A DNA stretch of 64,000 nt, taken from the NCBI RefSeq assembly GCF_006345805.1, contig NC_043009.1:43648001-43712000 (forward strand), written 5' to 3'. Below are positions 39,408 to 52,574 of the stretch, piece by piece. The notes under the pieces were generated by a model. It saw only the letters and a list, made by a program, of their open reading frames with translations. It did not search any database and was not told the origin of the DNA. The DNA comes from Octopus sinensis. Its lineage: Eukaryota. The translations under genes were made by a program, and so were the position numbers. The first letter of the stretch is position 1; every line of letters begins with the position of its first letter.

Positions 39408-39443
39408 GCTCATAACTGGCCAAATGGTCCTGTGGTAGCACAG
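39408..39443 (+). CDS. candidate 36-nt internal coding micro-exon (AHNWPNGPVVAQ) of an unidentified gene
   Basis: Acceptor TTTTTGCCTGTGCATTTCTTCTCAG|G, donor CAG|GTAAAG; length divisible by 3; only phase 0 is stop-free; unique sequence. No homologue recognised. Confidence 0.4.
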
Positions 39444-39517
39444 GTAAAGTAGCAAAAGAATGACCAAAATATAAATATTATAAATCTCTTCTACAGTACT
39501 AAGTAGTTTCTTTTAAC

Positions 39518-39554
<37 letters not shown>

Positions 39555-39557
39555 ATT

Positions 39558-39685
39558 ATCATCATCATCATCATCGTTTAACGTCCGCTTTCCATGCTAG
39601 CATGGGTTGGACGGTTCAACGGGGGTCTGGGAAGCCTGAAAGCTGCACCAGGCCAGTCAGATCTGGTAGAGTTTCTACAGCTGGT
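39558..39685 (-). mobile_element. 5'-truncated RTE 3'-UTR copy (family E)
   Basis: (CAT)n-CGTTTAACGTCCGCTTTCCATGCTAGCATGGGTTGGACGG...TTTCTACAGCTGG. Confidence 0.8.
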
Positions 39686-40354
39686 TCTACATATATATAT
39701 GTGTATACAAATACACACACACACACACATATACACATAGATAATTAGCAGTATAGACCACAAACAATCACATGAATGATACCGTCTTTTGTTCAGGATT
39801 CTAGGAGGGCGAGGCATAAAGCCTTTCATTCCCACTATGTAATAATACAATGTATGGCAAAATACGACAATATAAAACCAAATAAAAAGTGATTGATAAA
39901 AGTGTGTATAACAAGATGTTTGGATACTTATAACTCAGTGGAAATGTTTAAGCATATATACATATACACCATCTGTAAATACATATACAGTATATATAAG
40001 TACACACACACACATATATGTACACATAATTATATGTATATACATATCTCTCTATATATATAGAGTAATGTAGGTTTCAATGGAAAGGCAACTTTCGAGA
40101 TATTGACAACCGAAAAACATTATTTACCTCAATATTTTTTTGAAAGACACAACAGTTCATCATATAAAATACATAATATATAAATACAAAAATATATATA
40201 TATGAAAATATATAAATGCATATCCTTATGAGATCCCCTGAAATTGTAAATCCATTCTAAAACATAAAAGGCTGGAGATTAAATGTACATGGTCAATGAA
40301 TTGTAAAATCGAAAATATTAAAAATATGTCTATACATATATATATATATATTAT

Positions 40355-40415
<61 letters not shown>

Positions 40416-40682
40416 ATACATACATACATACATATATATACATACACATATATATATATACATACATATACATATATATATATATATGATGTAAATGTTT
40501 ACATATGTATTAAATATAAATGATATAGAATGTTTCAGTGTGTATCTGTGAGTATATGTATGTGCGTGAGCACGTGTATGCGTATTAAATGGACTGCTTG
40601 GAGTTAAGTATTGACAGATGTGATGTGTGTGTGTGTGTGTTGGGGGAACATGTGCTTGTGTGTGTATATGCGTGTATTTGTG

Positions 40683-40773
<91 letters not shown>

Positions 40774-41530
40774 ATGTATACATGTGAATGGGCTTGTGCC
40801 TACATTTAGGCAGAAATGCTACCACATGTTTCATATATATATATATATATTATATATAATATATATATATACATACATATATATATGTATACACACCACA
40901 CATATATATATACATCTATATCTAATGTATATGTGTGTGTATACTTATATATATATATATACATACATATATATATGTATACACACACATACACACACAC
41001 ACATATATATATACAGTCATATATCTATATGTATATGTGTGTGTATACTTATATATATATATATATATACATACAAGCAGCATTGCTGTGCATGTGTGTG
41101 TGCACACATGCAGAGAAAGCATCACTGGTGTAGCAAGAATCTCTGTGTCTGTGTGTCTGAGTCAGAAATCAGCGCCCATTTAACGAATGAAAGTTAACGA
41201 ATATTTATTGAATTTCTGAAATTAGAGTTATATTTTAAACTGTTCAATTATGTTTAGTTCAACCCTCACCCGTACATAGAGCTATAAATAATAGTCAAAT
41301 CTACCTCAAAATCACCCTAGTTTTTAGAAATGGTCAGATAGAATTCTGTGGTTTAGTGGTCTTTGAACAGAGGGAAATGTTTTCAATGTCTTTGATCATG
41401 GGTCTGCTGGACCAGGTCAGACCTAGGGTTAAAAAAGACTTCAACAAGGATGTATTACTAAATTTGTGTAGACATGTCATCAGATTTTATTACACATATA
41501 CTCATGTATGTATGTATGTGTACACACACA

Positions 41531-41565
<35 letters not shown>

Positions 41566-42019
41566 CAGACTTATAGACACAGTCGTCTACAAATGTGATT
41601 CCTTTTTAAAGGAAAACTTTGTCATGAAGTTTGCGACAGTTTATACATGCGTGCATGCACACACACACACACACATTTGACGCATACACATATAAACATA
41701 CATAGACACATATCTGTGTGAACTCACACATATGTAAGCACACACAAACATATATAAGACACACACATTCATACTTGCACAAATATAGAAATATACACAT
41801 AAATATATGTAGGGAGTGTTTTTGAAAGGAAATACTTAATGTGAGGCTTAGGTTATTTGTAAGATATTAGATATAATACATAACCATATCATATCACACA
41901 TGCATACACATACAAAGAGATATACACCCACATGCATATACACACATATATATATAAGACATTACCAATTGCAACAATTTCATTTTTGCAAACAAGACGT
42001 CCACAACAACTGGCTGGGT

Positions 42020-42396
42020 ATACTCTTTTACTCTTTACTCTTTTACTTGTTTCAGTCATTTGACTGCGGCCATGCTGGAGCACCACCTTTTTTAGTACTT
42101 ATTCTATCGGTCTCTTTTTGCCGAACCGCTAAGTGACGGGGACCTAAACACACCAGCATCGGTTGTCAAGCAATGCTAGGGGGACAAACACAGACACACA
42201 AACACACACACATATACATATATATACATATATACGACAGGCTTCTTTCAGTTTCCGTCTACCAAATCCACTCACAAGGCATTGGTCGGCCGGGGCTATA
42301 GCAGAAGACACTTGCCAAGATGCCACGCAGTGGGACTGAACCCGCAACCGTGTGGTTGGTTAGCAGCTACTTACCACACAGCCACTCCTGCGCCTA
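42020..42396 (-). mobile_element. SINE family A, full length, well preserved
   Basis: A2 and A1 reverse complements around an internal (CA)(TA) microsatellite; head ...CACAGCCACTCCTGCGCC. Confidence 0.95.
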
Positions 42397-42417
42397 TATA
42401 TAATATATAATAAAATA

Positions 42418-42530
42418 ATGTTCGTCCTTCGGTTCGAAGATGACCAACTGACATCATCTGATGGAACTGGCGCCATGAGACCGGAGGTGGCTGGTGAGGC
42501 CAATCCGGGCAAGGAAGCCCCTCCCACATA
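42418..42530 (-). mobile_element. RTE/BovB-like LINE 3' tip
   Basis: Minus strand ends ...GGTCATCTTCGAACCGAAGGACGAAC, resembling RTE-BovB 3' termini. Confidence 0.45.
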
Positions 42531-43307
42531 TATATAATACATACATATGTTTTTTACTTATTATATATTAATAATTCATTTTTATACTTTTTGAGATCTA
42601 GTTATATGTTGTATAAAAATATATATTATTTGTTTTTTATGTTTTGATTTATGTTTATCACTGTTTGAGTTGCATAATAGTGGTTTTATCTCTAATATAT
42701 ATTTTATAATGCATACATGTACACATACATATACATATATATAGATGCTTATTTATTTCCATAAAAAACAAATTTTTTTCTTCATTTGTCACCAGAAATA
42801 TATAGGCAAAGGTGTGTGTGTACATATACATGCATGCACGCTTTCATCTATATGACTTTGGAGTTTTGGCTTGCTAAACTTCATCAGATTGTCAGATGAA
42901 GGTAAGAAAACTGTAACTTCGAAGTTACTGTCAACCATTTATTTGAAAAAGTTTATTAAACATTTACTCCACTAAATAAAGATTGAATAATCCTTCAGTT
43001 TAATAATAAATTGTTTCTATATGCAATGTGGCATAAAAACATTACATACACACACACATGTCTGCATAGATATATGTGTTTATATTTTTGGTTTTGCCCC
43101 TATGGACTTGGTCAGTGATATTTGCTGTTAGATATGGCCCTCATCCCAAATGATAGTTTGCTCCATCACAAATTAAGTTACCATTCTATATATACAGTTA
43201 ACACGTTTCATTCAGCATGACTGGGTACAGTTCAGCCGGTTGACCAGTCCATTCAACACACCTTGTTGATGTATACAGAGAGAACGAAATATATATATAT
43301 ACACATA

Positions 43308-43720
43308 GGTGCAGGAATGGCTATGTGGTAAGAAGCTTGCTTCCCAACCACATGGTCTCAGATTCAGTTCTACTGCATTATACTTTGGACAAGTGTCTTC
43401 TACTATAGCCTCAGGCTGATCTAAGGCTTGTGAATAGATTTGGTTGATGGAAACTGAAAGAAGCCTATTGTATATATATATATATATAATATATATAATA
43501 TGTATATATTTATGAGTGTGTCTGTATTTGTCCCCCCACCATCACTTGACAACTGAAGCTGATGGTGTGCTTGTATCCCCTGAAACTTAGTGGTTCGGCA
43601 AACGAGACCGACAGAATAAGTACTAGGCTTGCACAGAATAAGTCCTGTGTTCGATTCGTTCAACTGAAGGCAGTGCTCCAGCACGGCCACAGTCAAACGA
43701 CTGAAACAAATATAAGGATA
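43308..43720 (+). mobile_element. SINE family A, full length
   Basis: GGTGCAGGAATGGCTATGTGGTAAGAAGC...(TA)n...AAACGACTGAAACAAATA. Confidence 0.9.
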
Positions 43721-44097
43721 CAAAAATGTATGTATATTGACAGGACTTTGCATGGTGGTTTGCAGATAATAGGGATGACCAGTCGAGATAAAAGATGTTT
43801 GTTTGTAGATTGAATTAAAATATATTAGAAAGTTCAACTACTAAATTGATAGGTATGTATGTATATAATAATATGTGTATCTTTTATGCTTTTTAGATGT
43901 TTCTATACATATACATGTATACCAACATATAAAAAAGCTATATATGTGTGCATATGTACAATATATATTTTTTAAGGATGTTAAAAGTTATGGTCACTCT
44001 AAGACTGGCCATTACTTTCAACTTCCTAAGAAATATATTTCTGCTCTCATGCTTTAGAATATGTTTCTTTTCTCACAATACATCCATATATATAAAA

Positions 44098-44285
44098 GGT
44101 GGTGAGCTGGCAGAATCGTTTGCACGCCGGGCAAAATGCTTACTGGATTTCGGCTGCCATTATGTTCTGAGTTCAAATTCCACCAAGGTCAACTTTGCCT
44201 TTCATCCTTTTTTTTTGGTGGGGGGTCGATTAAATAAGTACCAATTATGCACTGGGGTCAATGTAATTGACTTAATCCCTTTGTC
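44098..44285 (+). mobile_element. SINE family B
   Basis: GGTGGTGAGCTGGCAGAATCGTTTGCACGCCGGGCAAAATGC...GTTCTGAGTTCAAATTCC. Confidence 0.9.
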
Positions 44286-45273
44286 TGACCTTTTTATCCC
44301 CTCTTTGTTTAGCCACCCTCCTCCCGTGGGCAATAAAGAAATATATATATATAGATTATTTTTCTCATAATGTGTATACACACACATATATGTATGTAGG
44401 TTTGCATGTGTATAAATATATATATATATATACACACATATATACATGTTAATATAAACCACACACACACACATACATACATGCATATATTAAGCTATAA
44501 ATATTTGTATCTATACATAAATATATCTATACATGTTACTACTATACTACAAAGTTATAATTACATGTACAAACACATATACACAAATTTTGATATGTGT
44601 GTGTACTTATATATCTACACACACACACCTGTAAAAAGTATATTCCCATCTCAAAAAGGTGAATGTGTGTGTGTGTGTGTGACATGAGCCAATGAACTCC
44701 ACCTGAAACTAAGATATATGACAAAAGATCTATTTTAAAAATGTTTACTCAATAATCATCTCCATGTACAAACATCCTGAACAAAACAAAGGAATTACTG
44801 GTACATATTTCAGCTGCCAGGTAAAATCAGATTGTCACAGACAAAACCGGCTTTAATTAGGTGAAACTTCTCTCACATTAGTTTCCCAGTGGTTATATCT
44901 ATCTTTCTATCAGGTGCATGCTTTTTTTTAAAGTATGGATGCACATATGTATTTACACACATAAATATATATCTATGTATAAAATAAATATAAATAGTGG
45001 CAGTTGCTCAGTTATGTTACTAATGTTTCCATAGACTGGTTACTTATTTGTCTGTTTATATATCAATATTATATATAAAACCAGACCATTTCATCAGACA
45101 CCATTGTACAATCAAGATACATCTATGTACAAGTTACCCTGTAACTAGTTTGAAGAAGTGATAAGTTTAATGCTATATGGATTTATATAATTTTCATATG
45201 TATTATCCAATATGTTGATTGATGTAAAAAATTTCTAATTGTTATTTAAATGATATCACTAATTATAAAATGC

Positions 45274-45309
<36 letters not shown>

Positions 45310-45318
45310 TACACATGT

Positions 45319-45359
<41 letters not shown>

Positions 45360-46482
45360 TAGAGAGAGAGAGAGAGAGAGGATGAACATTCGACTGTTTA
45401 AGCAAGATAATTAATTACCTGTTCTTTAATTAACATATAACTGGTTGAGAATTCTATAAACACATGCCTTTAACTTAACTTTCTCAGATTCAAATGTGAT
45501 ATAGTATATGTCTGTCCTTTATGCATTACAAGTACAATACACCTGATGGGCTTCTGCACATTTTTTATCAACCCAGTTTCGTGGGTCAGGTCTAGATAGA
45601 CCCAAGGCTACAAAAAAATGGTGTACAGGGTCCTTATGGTTTTGAACGTACCTATATGTGTTCACATATGTGTGTCTGTATTTAGGGTGCTACCTCCAAG
45701 AAAGAGAGTATTCAATACAAAGATTTATTGTAGGTTATCAGATGGGTCAAAACCACATTGTGACTTACAGTTTCATCTCCAAAGTGGGGAATCTTCAGAC
45801 TGATATTATACAAAAAAACAGAAGATTGTGTGTGTGTGTGTGTGTGTATATAGCGCATGGGTTTGACTCAAAGGAGTGCAAACTATGTGGCGTGAATTTT
45901 AAAAATGTCAGTGGGGTGGGGTGGGGGACAGCATTTGTATTTGCAGACTGTGTTTTGACATATTTTTGTTGACACATGTGGGTTTGGGCAGGTATGTTGG
46001 GGTGTAATAAATTTCATTGGACAAGCAAATTTCTTTCGGCTATTAGAAAATAAATAAAATCTGGGTTAATTTTAATTTGTCAGGGTTTGTAGAGAGCAGT
46101 AGCCATTAGAAAGAAGAGGGGAAGGGAAAAAAGATTTGGAGGTTTGTTTGCGAGGAATAAACATTTAGGGAGATGAAATTATTATTATCATTATTATTAT
46201 TATTATTATTATTTTTTTTTTTTTTGGAAGGCTTATATTCAAAGACCAGAACAAAGATTAAATGGTGCATGTGTGTGTGTGTGGGGTCTAGTAACTAGGG
46301 GTGGCTTTATAGTTACTTTTCAGGCTGGGAGTGTGTAGGAAGCTGTGTTCAATAATACCATATGCAAAAGTTTAGGTAGGAGCTGAAGGGGGTGGGGTAC
46401 AAATAAAAGGAGAAGTGGTGTTGGTTATAGAGGAAGAGGTGTTCATATGGGTACGGATATGTAGATGTATATAGATAGACAC

Positions 46483-46582
46483 NNNNNNNNNNNNNNNNNN
46501 NNNNNNNNNNNNNNNNNNNNNNNNNNNNNNNNNNNNNNNNNNNNNNNNNNNNNNNNNNNNNNNNNNNNNNNNNNNNNNNNNN
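46483..46582. other. assembly gap (100 N)
   Basis: Run of N of round length, typical of a gap of unknown size. Confidence 0.98.
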
Positions 46583-46619
46583 ATAATAACAACACCAACG
46601 ATTACACAACAGCAACACG

Positions 46620-47108
46620 CACATGTCCTACTATTGGCACAACATCGACCCCAGTGTATGACGTTTTTATTTTATCGATCTCAGGAGGATGAAAGCTAAG
46701 TCGATCTTGGCTGCATTTGAACCCGGAATATAAATCTAGTTGTGCTGCTAAGCCTTTTGTCTGCTGGGGTATTTATTTTATCGATCTCAGGAGGATGAAA
46801 GCTAAGTCGATCTTGGCGGCATTTGATCTTAGAATATAAAGCTAGATGTGCCGCTAAGCCTTTTGTCTGCTGGGGTATTTATTTTATCGATCTCAAGAGG
46901 AGGAAAGCTAAGTCGATCTTGGCGGCATTTGATCTTAGAATATAAAGCTAGATGTGCCGCTAAGCCTGTTGTCTGCTGGGGTATTTATTTTATCGATCTC
47001 AAGAGGAGGAATGCTAAGTCGATCTTGGCGGCATTTGATCTTAGGATATAAAGCTAGAAGATGTGCCGCTAAGCCTGTTGTCTGCTGCGGTAACGATTTT
47101 GCCAGCTG
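46620..47108 (-). repeat. SINE-B copy with a 106-bp internal segment repeated four times
   Basis: TTTATCGATC recurs at 46671, 46777, 46883 and 46989; the array ends in the reverse-complement SINE head TAACGATTTTGCCAGCTGC. Confidence 0.9.
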
Positions 47109-47520
47109 CAGCAGCAACAACAATAACTACCACATTAGCAGCCACAGATACAGCAACAACAGGAACAGCAATAACAGTGACAGTCGTTTAATAGCATCTT
47201 TAATAAAGAATGATTGAAGAGAAAAGACGAAATCAGGTGGGGTGAATAGGGTTGGAGAATGGAGACAGCTGGAAGAGAGAGGATGGATAGAGAATGGTAA
47301 GAGAGAAGTAAGGAAAGAGAGGAGGAGAGAGTAATGAGCGGGAAGGAGGAGAAAAGAGAGAGAGGAAGGGGTGAAAATGGTGGTGAGAGAGAGGTGAAGA
47401 AGAGAGTGGTAAGAGAGAGAGAGAGAGAGAGAGTAAAAGGAGGGAGAGAGTGGTGGGGGAATGAAGGAAATGAATAGAGCCTTGTGCTTCATGTTGGTAA
47501 TTGTGCTTTCGGTTGTGTGA

Positions 47521-47648
47521 ACGCGCGTAGCTTAGTGGTTAGGTTACTCCGCTCACGACTGTAAAATTGTAAGTTCGATTCATGGTAATGTGCTTCTCTC
47601 ACTTCATTTCACGTTGCTCCAGTCCACTCAGCTGGTAAAAATGAGTGG
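47521..47648 (+). mobile_element. SINE family C (head + CORE-like domain)
   Basis: GCGCGTAGCTTAGTGGTTAGG...AAGTTCGATTC...CAGTCCACTCAGCTGGTAAAAATGAGT. Confidence 0.8.
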
Positions 47649-47926
47649 GACCTCTACCAGTAAGGTACTCTCCGACCTACACACCCATTCTTCATCACCT
47701 TCCTTGTGTTCACTCACTCTACACTGCATCAGTCATTAGAAAAAAAAAACCCCAAAAAACAAGTCCTTCCTCCCCAAAGAACATCGATCCCTCTGTAATC
47801 TCCCCTAACTCTGTTCATGAAAGTCAACAGTTTAAATGGAACGTTAATGGCATTAAGACCACTGGATTCCCCCCGGATCAGCAAATAAAAGAACTTCAAC
47901 TACTACTGTTGCTGCTACTCCTGCTG

Positions 47927-48008
<82 letters not shown>

Positions 48009-48231
48009 GCTGCTGTTACTACTACTACTACTACTATTGCTGCTGCTGCTGCTACTGCTACTACTACTGCTACTACTACTGCTACTACTACTACTACTAC
48101 TATACTACTACTACTACTACTACTACTACTACAGAAAGTACAAGAACAAAAATTACTGAGCCACAATAGCGACAACAGTAACCACCGGCTAATTACTGCT
48201 ACATCGACAATAATAACAACAATATTTTTTA

Positions 48232-49150
48232 TGCGCCCTTTTCAAGCCTAGCCAGGGTCATGGGCCCGGTTTCTCGGTTTCTGTGGCGTATGTGTTCCCC
48301 CCAGCTGGACGGAACGCCAGTCCATCGCAGCGTTACTCAAGAAACAGGAAGAGAGAGTGAGAGAAAGCTGGGGCGGAAGATTACAACAGGGGTCGCTACC
48401 ACCCCTGCTTCGTGGAGTTTTTACGTGTTTTCGCTCAATAAACACACACAACGCCCGGTCTGGGAAACAAAACCGCGAGTCCGCTGCCCTTACCACTGGG
48501 CCATTGCGCGTCCACTACAATGACAATAGCTACAACAATAACAATTACAACGATAAATACAGCAGCAATGAATTACGAAACCACTGCAATACATTCAGAT
48601 ATCAAAAACCACCAATAACATCAATAAGTACAATAAGAACAGTAATTACAACTATGACAATAGGCGCATGACTCAGTGGTTAGAATGTCGGGCTCACAAT
48701 CATGAGGTTGTAAGTTCGATTCCCGGACCGGGCTGTGTGTTGTGCTCTTGGGCAAGACACTTTATTTCACGTTTCTCCAGGTCACTCAGCTGTAGAAATG
48801 AGTTGCGATGTCACTGATGCCAAGCTGTATCGGTCTTTGTTTTTCTCTTGGATAACGTTGGTGGTGTGGGTAGAGAAGGCTGGTATGCATGGGTGACTGC
48901 TGGTCTTCCATGAACAACTTTGCCTGGACTTGTGCCTCGGAGGGTATCTTTCTAGGTGCAATCCCATAGCCATTTCTAATCGAAGGGGGTCATTACCCTT
49001 TTACTCTATGTACATAATGGTGTGGAGAGCAGAGGCTGGTATGCATGGATGACTGCTGGTCTTCCATAAACAACCTTGTCAGGACTTGTGCCTCGGAGAA
49101 AGATACTCTAGGTGCAATCTCATTGTCATTCATGACTGAAGGGGGTCTTT
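48232..49150. mobile_element. divergently oriented SINE-C variants (about 48232-48516 -, 48662-49150 +), the second with a duplicated 156-bp tail
   Basis: Tail units start at about 48863 and 49019, both ending GAAGGGGGTC. Confidence 0.85.
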
Positions 49151-49201
49151 AACAATAGCCGCAACAACTACCGCAACCACTACTGTAACTAAAATATAAA
49201 T

Positions 49202-49596
49202 AACGAGCAAAACGCCCCCCCCCCCCCCGTCTAATGGACGGTGCTGAGTTGTCAAGCATTTTAACCAAATTTTCTCAAAACAACTTGTCCGACCGTCCCA
49301 TAGGCCTCTCCTTTCAGAAATACTGATTTAACCTAAATTTGAGACACCGTGCATTTTTCTCGCGTACGCGTAGTAGCGATCGCAACAGCTGATGTACTTG
49401 CGCGCACAAATGGACGTTCCCACGGCTTTATCGATCGCATTCTCACCTGGAATCGAATTTTGGAATTTTTTCAAGACTTATACACGCCCTGATACCGTCG
49501 CTATCTACATATCAAATTTGAGCGCAATCGGATGGAGGATGCCCGAGATCCTAGAAGACACATACACACAGACAGAACGGATTTTATATAATAGAT
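49202..49596 (+). mobile_element. non-autonomous element resembling Helentron-associated (HINE/DINE-1/pearl-like) repeats
   Basis: Subterminal hairpin CCGTC-TAATG-GACGG (49227-49241); 3' region CAAATTTGAGCGCAATCGGATG...ACACACAGACAGAACGG-ATTTTATATAATAGAT; CpG-rich, no ORF of note. Confidence 0.55.
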
Positions 49597-49794
49597 AATA
49601 ACAACTACAATTGCTGTCATAGCAAAAACAGTAGTGACTTCATGAAACACTGAAAGACTACCTACGTTGTCACTCAACCTACTAGAAATAGCAGCTAAAC
49701 GCTCAAATCAAATCTAGATGTGTTAAAAACAATTGGAAGGGCATACTGAATAATGTACTTTGAAATACGTAAAAGATGGAGTACGAGAAAGGAA

Positions 49795-51002
49795 GGTTTG
49801 TGATTATAAGCTTGCTGATGGAGTTGTATAGTAGGAAGTTTGCATCTCGACAACAGGGTTCTGGGTTCGATCCCACTACCTGGTATTTTCAGCAAGTGCC
49901 TTCTACTTTACTATCGGGCCGACCAATGCCTTGCAACTGGACTTCGTGGACGGAAACTGAAAAGAAGATATGACAGTTCAGGCCCATTGTGTGGCATCTC
50001 GGACAAATGTTTTCCACTATAGCCTCGGACTGACCAAAGCCTTGTCTATGGTGCATTTGGCAGATGGAAACTGAAAGAAGCTCGTCGTGTGTATATATAT
50101 TGATGAATGTGTTTTCGTGTCAATGTTTGTCACCACACCTTCGCTTGACAGCTGGTGTTAGTGAGTTTACATCCTCGTAACATAGCAGTTCGGCAAAAGA
50201 GAATGATAGAGTAAGTACCAATATTTAGAAAATAAATACTGGGGTCAATTCATTCGAATAAAGTGATTTAAGGCGGTGCTCCAGCATGGCCACAGTCTAA
50301 TGACTGAAACAAGGAAAGGGTAAAACATGATGCAGTCGCATATACATACATACATACATACATACATACATGCATGTGGGTTGGTAGGTGTGTGTCTGTG
50401 TTTGTCCTCTGCTACCTCTTGGTCACCGGTGTTGGTGTATTTACGGCCCTGTAACTTAGCGCCTCGGCAAAAGAGATCCGACAGCATACGTACTACGCTT
50501 TGAAAAATTTCGTTCGACAGAAATTCTTCAAGGCGGTGCCCCAGAATGGCCGCAGTCTAAACAAGTAAAGGATAAAAGATAAAATATATTAATAACAACA
50601 TAGGCAGGAGTGGCTGTGGTAAGTAGCTGCTTACCAATCACATGGTTCCGGGTTCAGTCCCACTGCGTGGCACCTTGGGCAGTGTCTTCTACTATAGCCT
50701 CGGGCCGACCAAAGCCTTGTGTATGGTGCATTTGGTAGATGGAAACTGAAAGAAGCCCGTCGTATATATGTATATGTAAATGTATATGTGTGTTTGTGTG
50801 TCTGTGTTTGTCCCCCAACATCTCTTGACAACCAGTACTGGTGTGTTTACGTCCCCGTAACTTAGCAGTTCAGCAGCAGTAACCGATAGAATAAGTACTA
50901 GGCTTACAAAGAATAAATCATGGGGTCGATTTGCTCGACTAAAGGCGGTGCTCCAGCCTGGCCGCAGTCAAATGACTGAAACAAGTAAAAGAGTAAAAGA
51001 GT
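49795..51002 (+). mobile_element. array of co-oriented SINE-A modules ending in a full-length copy (50603-51002)
   Basis: A1 about 49795-49970, A1 about 49980-50088, A2 about 50110-50320, A2 about 50390-50578, then complete A1-microsatellite-A2. Confidence 0.9.
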
Positions 51003-51283
51003 AACAACAGTGACAACAATTCGATGAATCAACGTGGGAGTCACCACGTGGTCGATAGATATGCTAGAAACAGCAACTAAATCTTACTCGGATCACAGGT
51101 TACCGCTTTAAAACAAAACCAAAAAAAAAATAAAAAGTAACCCCAAAAGGAAACAAGGAAGGACACGTTAGGGAAGGTCGTTCTAGATGCATTGTATCTG
51201 GAATACTAAAGATGCAAAGGTCATGGGACGCTTTTGATCATAGATTTTTTTTTTATTATTGGATCGACGATGAACTAGGCTTC

Positions 51284-51315
<32 letters not shown>

Positions 51316-51521
51316 AAACGACAACGACGACAACGATGACGATGACGATGACGATAACGATGACGACAACGACGACGCGTAAAACACAGAACAGTAGCAA
51401 ACACCGACAACGGCAACAACAAAAATATCGGCAACAAGAACTTTGACGACATCAGCAATATCAACAATATCATCAACAACCCTCAATTAGCAGTTATTTG
51501 GAATTAAGCTGAAGAGGTTCG

Positions 51522-51557
<36 letters not shown>

Positions 51558-51760
51558 TTATTAGTGTTGGTAGTGAGAGTAATCATTGTAGTTGTAGTAG
51601 TAGTAGTAGTTATTGTTATTGTTGTTGTTATTGTTATCTAACACCTTTAGTTGGAATGTCTGCCAAAGTAATTATTACTCCCTCCCCCACCGTGAAGATA
51701 TCTGAGACGCTTTGTTTTCAATTACCGAAGTGATCAGGGTTCACGTGTGAGAGTGTGTGG

Positions 51761-51818
<58 letters not shown>

Positions 51819-52061
51819 GGAGAGAGTGTGTGTGTGAGTGAGAGAGAGAGAGAGAGAAGGAGAAAGAGAGAGAGAGAGAACTGTGTGTGGTGAGGTGTTG
51901 TTGGGCTGCTGGTAGAGGTGGTGTTGGTAATGGAGTTGCAAAGGATTTATAGCTATTATAGTTGTTGCTGAAACTCTGTGTGTGTGTGTGTGTGTGTGTG
52001 TATCTATACGAATATGTATATATATATAATTACTCATGTGAATATGTATATCTCTCTCTCT

Positions 52062-52098
<37 letters not shown>

Positions 52099-52298
52099 TA
52101 GATAGATAGATAGATAGATAGAGATAGATAGATAGATGCATACATACATATACATACGTACATACGTTTATACATACATACATACATACATAAATACATA
52201 CATACATACCATGTTGAGGATTAAGCAAATTAAAGGAATCCTCGCAGGGGACAGCGACGAAGTTTAAAACTTAATTCTTTTATTAGTGCACAGGCCAC

Positions 52299-52361
<63 letters not shown>

Positions 52362-52370
52362 TATATAGAT

Positions 52371-52408
<38 letters not shown>

Positions 52409-52539
52409 GATAGATAGATAGATAGATAGATATGCGTTGATACATTTATAAATATGCGTGCGTATGAATGTATGTTTGTATGTATGCACATATGATAAAT
52501 AGTATTTTCCGACGTTCCTTGGAGGGAGAAAAGGAGAGT

Positions 52540-52574
<35 letters not shown>

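Noticed and set aside
40094-40126. FEILTTEKHYL resembling RhoGEF DH-domain helix 1
   Set aside because: Following residues (PQYFLKDTT) do not fit the DH pattern and there is no usable donor; probably chance.
42855-42880. Kinase-like DFG / LAK words
   Set aside because: They lie in different frames with an in-frame stop; no other kinase motifs nearby.
47645-48169. 174-aa ORF with poly-Tyr/poly-Cys/poly-Thr
   Set aside because: Interleaved (TAC)n/(TGC)n triplet repeat; the upstream part starts inside a SINE-C.
50603-50680. tRNA genes at SINE heads
   Set aside because: A/B-box-like motifs are present, but there is no complete cloverleaf and they continue into SINE bodies.
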